A DNA stretch of 64,000 nucleotides from Pecten maximus. Taxonomy: Eukaryota. This document shows, one piece after another, positions 50,201-62,200 of this stretch (the stretch's first letter is position 1; each line of letters opens with the position of its first letter). Location of the stretch: NCBI RefSeq assembly GCF_902652985.1, contig NC_047018.1, positions 33,294,001-33,358,000 of the forward strand, given 5' to 3'. Below the pieces are notes generated by a model. That model did not search any database. It was not told the DNA's origin and saw only the letters and a list, made by a program, of their open reading frames with translations. The position numbers and the translations under genes were made by a program.

Positions 50201-53200
50201 AGACCAAGGTGAGCTGATGTGCCTGACAGTGGCATCCGGCATCCGTCCGTCCCTCCTTCCATCTCTCTTTTCATCAACATGTACAATTACCTTGTTAACA
50301 TGATAACTTGATGTAATATCAACCAAGTTTGATAAATTTGGACGTAGCCATGTATTGTCAAGATCTCGGACAAGTTTGAAAATGGGAAACATTCAACAGT
50401 AACTTAATTACAGTATTATTACCCTTTGTAATAATATTATTATAAGACCTTGTTTATACGATAACTGCAGTAAATATCGACCAAGTTTGATGGAACTTTG
50501 TATGCTGCCTTTATCAACAAGATATATCAGACATTTTCAAAAATAATAATTTTTTGATAGTACTTTACAGAGTTATTGCCCTTTGTAATAATAATATTAT
50601 TATTAACATTTTTTGGTTCACCTGGGCCGATAGGTAAATCTTTTTAAAACGCTACCAGTCCTGAACAACTAAATGGATTTTGATGAAATTTGGTCAGGAG
50701 ATTAGTGTTGTAATATAAATTAAGGATGTGACAACCTTGGGGCAGGAGAAAGGAGTCCAATAGGGGAAATATCGCAAAAAAATAAGAAATGTTTTCTCTT
50801 TCAAGAATGACAGGATATTTATTTAGTCCACCTGTAGTTTGAACCATAGTTGGTAGAGGCAGTTCAAAAGAAAGAAAATATTTTAAATACACATGTATAA
50901 CTTAACTTAATTAGAGTATTTTGCCATAAATAGTGAAATATCCCGGTGAGCGATGCAGGCCCTGTTGGCTTCTTGTTCAGGATATTGTGTTTGAAGTAGA
51001 TCATTTAATTGCATCCAACATCAATATCACTGTTATATCAATGATGTCAAAAAGCTTTATTTATATAATATGTAAATGTATAAAGATATAATATATTCGC
51101 TGTATTAAGCACCCAGGGGGTTAAAAAAATGGTTACAGAGGGGGTAATTTACAGGTAACTAAATTTGTGTTATGAGCTTGATGCATGAATATTGTGAACA
51201 AATATTTCAGACTTAGCAGAAGTCTAGATTTGATCACCAATTACTAAACTCTCTACATAAAAAATGCAAGTAATATGACTTATTTTGAAGTTATTTCACG
51301 ATTAGGAGAGGCGTGATATAATTTGAATTTCTCCGCTGGAAAGGGGAGGGGCACTTATCGGGGGAAGGGCGCTAATCGCAGCGAATACAGTAACTGTAAA
51401 AATGATATGTGTAAATGGCTCAGTGTACATGTACTGTATGGTATATATTGATATGTATGAAATCATGTCTTGATTATGTACGTGTATATGTAAGTAAATA
51501 TGGGTAACAGGTGTGATCAAATGATTTCTATTGATCGTACCATGACATAGGCGTGTTTTATCATTTCCCTTATGAGTTGAAATATTCATTATTAATTTGG
51601 TGAGCAGCATATACAGTGTTTATGATTTAGTAGCTGTATATTAAACATATATGTTTGGAAGATTGAATTACTGTATTCTATATGTACCTAATATGGGCAC
51701 ATTCCCCTAAAATCCAACCACACTTTCTTTTGCTAAGAAAGGCAATTAAGTAATAACCTTTTATTAGCTATTTATACACATTTACAACTATACAAGGTAT
51801 TCAGTATTTAATTATCATATTCTACCCCATGTGCACCATCCCCTATAAGTCAAATCCGACCTTTAATTTCTGAGAGAGGCAATTTAGCACTTACAGTACC
51901 TTAACTTTCAGGCAGTTTGTACAAAACTTTTTGTCCGTCTCAAGAAAATCAAATAGATACTGTTGAATCTTTTCCAGTTATAAAAAAACTATGCTCTCCA
52001 GAAAAGTTCCAACAATCTGAGTCGACATCAGTAAAAATCTTAATTAAGTGTAGAAGCAAAAATGCCTATTCCAGGTCATTGTAAATAAAATATGGTACAA
52101 CAAACAGCCTGGTACAGAACATGTTTACAAATGGTTGATACTTCATTAATAATGCTGGTTGATCTTTAGTGTAGTTACCGTATTCAATCTAATAAACACA
52201 CCTACCCCTATGACCACATTTCCTACTTTTTTCAGGAAAAGAGGATGGGTGTGCTAATTAAAACATATTAAATGTTCCTTACCTCACTGATCTGCCAATA
52301 TCATCTTCAGTAACTAAATACCCTAGATTGTTTTTGCTACATATATAGAAATATGTAAATTACAAAAAAGTTTTTTCCCCCCAAAGTTTCACAGAAATTT
52401 TCCCTGTACATCGTTTTATTAAGCACACGTGTGAATTTATTAGGCCAAATACAATATGTTGATTCCTGTTGACTGCATAAACAGTTCACACGTGTGTCTT
52501 GTGTATCTGTGAAAAATACATGTACATGTACAACATGAGTGTTACCTGGTCATTTTCAGCACTATACCTATGCAATCAGTTACCTGTTCAGTCTGAACGG
52601 TATGGGATTGTATATGTATATTATATGTGAAAGCTGTTGCTTGTGTTTCACACTGGCTGGTAATTTGTGAGTTTAAACTACATTATTATACCTGGAGCTA
52701 TAGGCTGTGTTTAGTGTCTAAAATAAAGATGGTTTGAGATGTGTGTTCAATTAACTGAAAAAATTCAATAACAATATGACCAGTGTAAGATTTAATCTGA
52801 TTAGGATGAGTGGTTTTACTTGAGTGATTTCGGATGTTGTGAACCACGTCAATTATCAACTGGAAGTAAGAGCTAGTATACAGTAAAATCGGACCAGGGA
52901 AAACCTGTGAATTGTATTACAGCTCGACTCTACTTATTAGTGACAGAGGAACACATTTTACGAAGTTTGGATATCACTATGGGGAGTTTACTGAGCAAAA
53001 CATTCGGAGTATACAGTGATAATTATAACACTCCACTAATTAACACTGGTGACTCCAAAAAGGCAACTGGCCCTCTGGTTGATAAAGGTAGAGACAACTT
53101 TATATAAGTTCTATTATTGAAATATAAAATTTGTTATGTTGTTGAAATGATCTAGCTGGTATATATTGTATTGAAAAGAAAGTTAAATTAGTATGTTTGA

Positions 53201-56200
53201 TTTGAATATTAAATAAGGAGATAAATTTATGCTTGCTGAACCTTTGGAGATTCTCAATTAACACATCTAGTTTAACTTACCAGCAATATTTTGTTATTAT
53301 TCATATAATTCTAAAAAATCTGATTTGTTGAGAAGATGAAGTAAATCAAAGTTTTCAAAAGAGGTATATAACTGTCGAACTTCATTATCTCAAAGTCACT
53401 GGTCCTGGGTATGTTTTATATGAGTTTTACTGTCAGGACTGAACTTTTACTTTGAGTTGAGCAGAGCCTTTGAGTTATTGGGAGTTTGGGATAACAAAGT
53501 TGGACCCCCCCAAAAATTAAGCATGCATAATCTCCTCCATGGAAGTTTTTTTCAGACTTGTAAGCGAGATATATTTGAAAAAAATATCAAACACCTTTGA
53601 AATACAGGCATCAAAATAGGAATAGGGGGACTTACTGTACATGTTATTCCACCGGTATTGGTACAGGTCAGCATCCATAAACAGTTAAGTTAAAGTTTAT
53701 ATAAAACAGTGTTGTTTCAATACTAATGAGGATACAGCTTAGTTGTTTGACATCTGTTACCTTTGTGGACCTGCTGACCTTGACCGTAACCTTTGTCCTA
53801 CTTTAAAAAAAACTTATTCATATTTGAAACCAACTCAGCCATCTATTTTGTCTGATAACTATTGTTTTGGTTGTATTATAATAAGGTAACACAGTGTTAA
53901 TGATTGTCATATCATTAATTATATGTCAATACATATTTAAGTTAATAACAGGTTTTAATGATCACAGTGATAAAAGTGAAAAGTGATAAAAGTGAAACCT
54001 AAAAATTTCCCAAGCAATATAGTTTGATATACTAACACATATGGCTTGGAACATTTTTTGTATACTGTATTAGTAGTTTCACCAGCTGTTACAATTGTAC
54101 TTTTTGTAAGTATAAATCAATAAATGACACAACAGTGTGATAATCTGAAAGATTTTTTGTCCAGATAGATATAGATACACATGTATCATGTACAGTGAAA
54201 CCAGACTTTACTGACAACTGACTTTAATGACATCCTGTAACATCCACATTCGACCAGACCTCAAATGTCATTGCCGACACTGATTTAACTCTTTACCACT
54301 TAGCACTCCCTATACTTTACCACCTAATGATGACATCCGACGCCCCTACCTGTATCCCTAATGACGACATATGACGACATTTCAAATTTGCCACCTTTTT
54401 GTAGGGCTCGCTGACCTACCTGTAAATATGAGTTGAAGTGAAACTTTATTTTTGGATTTGCAAACTGTAATTCAATTCTGGAGACTCTCATGATTAATTT
54501 GGTGTATGGGAATCATATCTTCAACAATAAATTCTTTTCTTCTCAGTGTTTTAAATCATTGATTAATTTAAATTTTTCAGTTAGCTATTAATCATTCTAG
54601 GGCTTCACCAAGTATAGCTTTTGGGGAAATAGCAGGGGCGTCATATGTCGTCATTTAAAGGTGGTAAAGAGTTAAACATCCTTAACATCCAACCAAATCT
54701 ACCAGAACGGCAACATGCTCCACTATCATTACAGACACTGATTTTAATGACACCCTGTCACATCTGAACATATCTGACCATATCTACCTGAACGGTGACG
54801 TAACATCCAACCAAATCTACCAGAAAGGCAACATATGCTTCACTGACATTACCGAATCTAACTCTATACCAACACCCTGTAACATCCAACCAAGACTAAT
54901 AGAACGGCGACATTACCGACTCTAACTTTACCAACACCCTGTAACATCTGACCAAGTCTACCAGAACAGTGACATTACCGAATCTAACTTTACCAACACC
55001 CTGTAACATCTGACCATACCTACCAGAACGGCGACATTAGCGACACTAACTTTACCAACACTCTGTAACATTTGACCAAGTCTGGTAACTTTAACAACAC
55101 CCTGTAACATCTGACCAAGTCTACCAGAACAGTGACATTACCGACTCTAACTTTACCAACACCCTGTAACATCTGACCAAGTCTACCAGAACGGCGACAT
55201 TACCGACTCTAACTTTACCAACACCCTGTAACATCTGACCAAGTCTACCAGAACCTCTATTATTAAAGAACGTTGGTATGCTTACCTAAGGTTTATAATA
55301 TGTCATATTGTTTAGGAAATTTATCTATTTTTGTCATCATAAAAATGACAGTTGAAAAAAAGTATAAATTCATTTGTATTTTTGTTATTTTATGACAGAG
55401 ATTCTACTGAAGAATTACAGTTCCCACAATGGGTCCATGGACTCCAATTTGGATGAGGATCCCATACAGTCCATACAGATGGAGCTGGAGGATCATCACC
55501 TTGACAACAGTCCTGTTGTTAGTCCCACCCACCAGGAATACCCCTCTGAAGATTTCTCTCCCAACTGCTACCTCAGTCTGGCGGCTGTCATGGCCTCCCT
55601 TGGGGGTATCCTCTTTGGATATGACATAGGTAATTTCATATTGAAATTGTTTTTATGCCCCCACCATTTTGGGGAGCATTTATACATGTATGTTTGACAA
55701 TTGTGGTACCTTGCCCCATTCCATTCTGAATCAATATTGTACTTTGAGAACCCCTCGACAGATCCAGTTAGCTTACACCACAGTATTATAACCACTAATT
55801 CCTTTGCGTACGTAGGGGCATTCATGTCTTACAACAGACATTTTCTAGTTCCTTTAACATTTCAAAAGGGTCTACAACTATTCTAATTTTTCCCTGTGTA
55901 CTGAATGAATTGGTATACCTGCTGGTAGTCATACTTTGATGTCGTTGTATGAATGTCTTTGTTTGGTTGTTCCCAGGTATCATATCCGGTGCTGTCCTTC
56001 AGCTGCAGGACCAGTTCTGTCTCTCCTGTTTCCAGAGGGAGCTGGTTGTGAGCATCATGCTTGTAGGGGCCATGATGGGATCCCTATTTGGAGGTACGAT
56101 GCCGATCATTACTTTTAAAACTCTCAGAGAAGTCAAATGTTTGAACATCATCAAAGCCTCCACAGGAAAGAGTTATACAGTTATTGGCTAATTGCGAGGT

Positions 56201-59200
56201 GGATATAAAATTATTAACCAGAATTGGTAGTAAGTCACTATAAGCGAATAAAGTTTAAAACTCAAAACTATCAGTATCCTCTTGATTTGGAGGTATTTTG
56301 TTTCGCCATACTGAAGGTGCAAATAAGTTGATTTCAGCTACAAATAAAACAAATTTAAACTTAGAGTGATACCAAAGTTTGTGATAAACATGCTTGCTTA
56401 TTATTTAAGCATTGATGTCATTTTTTTTTTAGTTTCATTGGGGAATGAAAAAGAATTGTTTGAAAACTGTATGAATCCGTGTTGCGGATTCTTACAAAAG
56501 TTTGCAAACATTTTTTTTTTCATACCGTCCCATGAATAATTGACATCAATGCTTATAATTAATTTTTGAAATTGATTTTCAAAATTAAAACATGTTTTAT
56601 GTACAATTGAACTGTTCTTATAAGGGATTCTTTTTCACAAGTCAGTACGCAATGTCAATGGCCGTATTGTGACGTCACATATTTCGCGCCATGTTCGGAT
56701 TTTTTCATAGAGGTATGAAAACAAAATCTCAACCAGTCAGAAAGGTGCATTCTGTGTACAAACACTGGACAATTAATTATATAACTATGAACTTTACTAT
56801 GAATGGAAGACTGATTGACAAAAATGTATCAGAAAGGTTGATTAAACAACTGTTACATGTATTAAAAAATATATTATTTAAAAACAAAATACTGTAAAGT
56901 GACCAATTTGATTTGTCTTACATCAATTACTATGTCAGAGAAAACAAGATTTAGGACATTTTGTTGATACAATTGGAATTGAAAACTGATGAATGTGAAT
57001 ATGAGTTCCAACGGAGACCAAGATATATTTACATTGTTGGTTCTTGCAGGTTTTGTGATAGACAAGTATGGACGTAGGATGACAATCATTCTCAATGCTG
57101 GAGTATTCCTCGTAGGAGCTTTTATTCTAGCCCTGTCCACAAGTTATCCCCTCTTGGTAAGTACTGGAATGATCCTGTTAGGGGGTTTAATTCTGGTCTC
57201 CAAGTTATCTCCCCTAGTAAATAATGGAATGATCTTATTAAAGGTTTAATTTTGGTCACCAGTTATCTCCCCTAGTTAGTACTGGAATGATCCTGTTAGG
57301 GGGTTTAATTCTGGTCTCCTGTTATCTCCCCTAGTAAATAATGGAATGATCTTATTAAAGGTTTAATTTTGGTCACCAGTTATCTCCCCTAGTTAGTACT
57401 GGTATGATCCTGTTAGGGGGTTTAATTCTGGTCTCCTGTTATCTCCCCTAGTAAATAATGGAATGATCTTATTAAAGGTTTAATTTTGGTCTCCAGTTAT
57501 CTCCCCTAGTTAGTACTGGTATGATCCTGTTACTGACTTTAATTCTGGTCACAAATTATCTCCACTGGTAAGTATTTGATTAATCCTATTAAGCGCTTGA
57601 ATTTTGGTCACCAGCTATCCTCAGGAAAATCAGAATTTCTGGGCAAATGATTATATCCATACATTAATATCAGTGTTTTGTTCCCCAGTCTATATCTATT
57701 GTATATATGAATTAGTCGATGGTAATGAAACCACACCAAGTCCATTACAATTTAATTAAAAGACAAAAACATTCTTTGTCATTATCCAATGATAAGCCTA
57801 CCTTCCAGTGACCACTTGACCATTTGACCTTATATTTTGGGGGTATAATTACAATAATTTTGTTTCATTGTTTTTGCAGTTGTTTGGTCGCCTGGTCATT
57901 GGCATAGCTGTTGCTGTGTCTGCTACAGGAGAATGTGTTTATATATCGGAGATAGCACCTGCTGTAAGTCTGTTTACATAATTTCAGTTTAATTGTATTT
58001 TGCTGAATAGATCAGGAAAATACACATGAATTTAGTGGGAAACTGTTTCCCTGACTATGGATAAATATTGATCCAAACATGGATGAGTTTTTTATGTAAA
58101 ACTATAAACAGACATTCAAGGGACACGGGAGGGATATGGCAATGTACTGAAAATATACCCTTGGTATCGCTCATAATGAAAGTTTATAAAATCGTTAATA
58201 AGATAAATTGCTGCTTTGGTAAGTTTTTAACCTACATTTGTACGCCTAAAATAGTAATATCTACACACAAAATGATAACTCAGTGTATTTACTTCACAGA
58301 CCACAGCACGAGTCTGTACTTTTGTATTCCTGTTTTCAGAAGAAGCGAGGAGTGCTGGTATCTCTGAATGAGCTTGGCATTACTCTTGGACTTCTCTTGG
58401 CTTACCTCATTAACTACTTCTTTATTCAGGTTGACAATGGCTGGTATGTAGTGTACAATACATTGTATGATGTCTGAAGTTTTATTGTTCAACAAAATTT
58501 TAAGTAAAAACAACATATATTTTGCAGAAATAAATATTGTGAAATGAATATCCCCGGTTTTAATTATTTTCTGAATCAAGTTTCAAGTTATCAAATTCAT
58601 AATTGTATTCTATTCAAAAACAGTGAAAAAACAAAACCCTTTAAAAATACATCGTTACTACCTTACTAAAGTACAGAAGAAAAAAAGATTATTTGTGAAT
58701 CTCCATTACTTATAGACACTTGAACTTGTGTCATGTTTTCGGACAGGCGTTACATGTTTGGGCTGTCTGCAATTCCTGCAGTTGTACAAGGTATAGGGAT
58801 GATGTTTCTTCCTAAGAGTCCACGCTTTTTGATGTTGACAAGACAGGAGGCAAAGGTCGGTTCAAGGTCACATTTAACCAAATCAAAACCAGAGAGTATA
58901 ACTTGTCCCTAATGCACGCTTTTATCCTTTGGTGAAAGACAAGTCCCCTGCGAAACGATTATGAATAATTCATGAACATTCATGAATAGTTCATGAATTA
59001 TTCATGAACGAAATTCATGAATATTCTTGATTTATTCATGAATATTTTCATGAAATTCATGAACTTAAAACTTCATGAACATTTTTTTCAAATTATGTTC
59101 ATGAATATTCATGAATTATGTAAGAAAGTTTTTCATTCATGAAATCATCATAGTTCATGAATGTTCATGAACTTTTTCATTCATGACAATTCATGAACTT

Positions 59201-62200
59201 AAAACTATGATGAATACTCATGAACTTTTTCATTCATGACAATTCATGATTAGTTCATGAATTCTCATGAACTTAAAACTATGATGAATTACTGTGTTAC
59301 CACTGTGGAAGCTGACTTCCCAATGTCACATTTCATAGATTTCTCTCCATCAATCATGGGGTATATGTACCCGGTATATGATAATTGAAAGAATAAAAAT
59401 GAACACATTTGATGAATCCAGTTGATTTATTATGTTTTTTTTTGTTATAATCATATCCTGACTCTAGATTTTAAGATGTCAAACATTGATGGCCTGTATA
59501 TATTTCTCTGTGTATCCGGACCTCAATAAATGTAGAAGTTGTTTGGATGTTGTTTTTATTTAGGCCAAGGAAGTGTTGATGAAACTGAGAGGCAGAGATG
59601 TTGAAAAGGAGATGAATGCCATGAAGATATCCATTGCTGGAGAAATGGTATGTATTGATCATTGAAGCATTAACTTCTGAAATGGAGACTATTCCCGGGT
59701 TGATTATAAAATATTTAATTAACATAACCAGTTAATTTTGTGAATCTTTATTTCTTTATATTAATTGATACAAAAGGAGGATATTATTCATGCTTATTAA
59801 AATTTTGAAATCAAATTTTTGCATTCTCTGATTATAAATGAAATACTGTTTAGCTTGTTATTTTCTTGAGTGATATTTTTGTATACTGATGCTGTGTTTC
59901 AAACAATTGTATCTCTTCTTAGCCAAATATCATAAGGTGGTGTGATTTTCAAATCACTCTTTGTCGGTGGTTTACCCATCTCATAAACAATTTGTGTCGC
60001 CCCTGTTTTGAATTTTGAATTTAATCAGATATTGATATGACTCCCAGTTTGCTATGAAGTTTCTTGCTGATATTCCTCTTGAAAATTTAGGGACATGTTG
60101 TGCATGCTACTTTTTGAAGTTGCAAGAATATTCAAAATGGCTGCCATCCCTATTGTGTATTCTCTTCTATACCTCTAAAGAAAACATAAGATGGCAATGA
60201 ACTGTTCTGTTTACCTCCCCAGAACCAGACCTGCTGTAATCTGTGTAGCAGTGTAGACAACATGAGAGGGCGGATGTTGATTGGGGCAGGACTTGTCTTC
60301 TTTCAACAGTTTACAGGCCAGCCTAATGTGCTGTATTACGCACCCACCATTTTTGAGGCTGTAGGCTTTGGGTCACATTCTGCGGCTACTCTAGCAACAG
60401 TAGGACTAGGGGTTATCAAGGTAAGCGTTGACATATGGAATTTATAAAAAAAACAATAAGGCTATCAAACTTGTCAAATTTAGTAAATCCTTGTCATCTT
60501 TTGACCAAAATAAAAAATCATGAACTAAATTTATCCTTGTAGTTCTTGAGGAAGTAATGCTATATGATTTCAAGTATATCAAAACGAATAAATGAAAGTA
60601 CCGGGGCTTTTGATTATGTTTCATTTAATATGAAATTGATGTTAACAGGTTATCATGACTGTGATTGCCTTACTGTGTGTGGATAAATGGGGAAGAAGGA
60701 AGTTTCTCCTGACCGGTGCTATATTGATGGGTGTGGCCATCCTGTGTCTGGGGCTCGTGACCCACCTTCAGAATCACAAACTTGACAAAGAGACATGCTC
60801 CGAGAGTGAGGCATGTGTGCCTGGCCATCATCAACACCAAAAGTTTCTATACAACCAATCACACAGTCTCACTGGAGATAACCTGACTAACTCAATCATA
60901 ACCACACTGTCTAACTCCACTGATGATGCACCTCTGGTACACGGGGACACAGCTGGGAAAGTGGTGGCATTTATAGCCTTAATGACATTTGTGGCAGCTT
61001 ATGCCATAGGATTTGGACCAGGTATATAATCTGGTTTTAAATAGATAATGGTGTCACAAAGAAATGAACTTTTCAGTTTGGCCCAAGGTCATAGGGGTCA
61101 CTTTGTTATGTTATTAAATTAAAAAAAACTGATCTGACTAACAAGAATTCCTAGAATCATGATATTATTTGGTCCTCAAGATTAAGTTTGCAAAAAAAAC
61201 AAAAAAAAACCTTAACCCATATTCAAGTCACAGGGGTCAACTTTTAAAGATTTGTGGAATCATTCAAATGACTTCTACTGATTTGGCCTGTGTCATTCCT
61301 CACAGAACTAGTTTGTTTTGAAAATAAACAAAAAGTTTCAGGCTTTCTTTTCCTTCAACCAAGAATCAAACATATTTAACCTTAATTTTCACGAATATAA
61401 AATATGTTTGCCAATTATATTGAATACCGGTGAGCAGTGCAGGTCCATTGGGCCTCTTGTTTTTGCTTCACTGACTTGAATGAGATTTTGTCCATATCTC
61501 GCTTATGCATGCACATATTTTAAGCTTGATTTCCATCAAAGTATTGGTGTGGGGCAGGTATATAATTATGTGTTTTACCAATATATTCTCTTAAGGTCTG
61601 AATGTCACATTCTTAGAACATCACAAATATCACTGTTCCATTTATCGATTGAAACAAGTTTTGACTTAATTAATACGGATGCAATATATTGTATAGGTGT
61701 ACATATAATATATAACTTTTGTGATGATCTTAATTCAACTTAATCTTCATGATTGTAATGCTTTTACTTGGTAACATACCTGGTGGATAATATATTAAAA
61801 TACATTTATGTGATATTTTAGATAAGATCAAAAATTATAGTTTTGAAAACATTATTTTCATTTTCATCCTATAGACTCATCATATCATATGAGTGTTGAC
61901 CTCAAATGTTTTAATATTTGAATAGATGAACTTACTTTCACTTTGACCTTATATGTGACAACCTCTGAGCTGCAGATTCTTTTTTTTTTAAAACAGTTAC
62001 CTGGCTGATCCTCAGTGAGATTTTCCCATCCTCATTGAAGGGACGGGCCATTGGTATGGCAACAGTTCTCAACTGGGGCACCAATATGGTTGTCTCCTCT
62101 GCGTTTCTCAGTGTTATTGGTATGTACCACATTGACATTGAAATAATCATACAACAAAAAAAAATCAATTAAAAACGTTACTTTTGTTAAATTCATGCAA

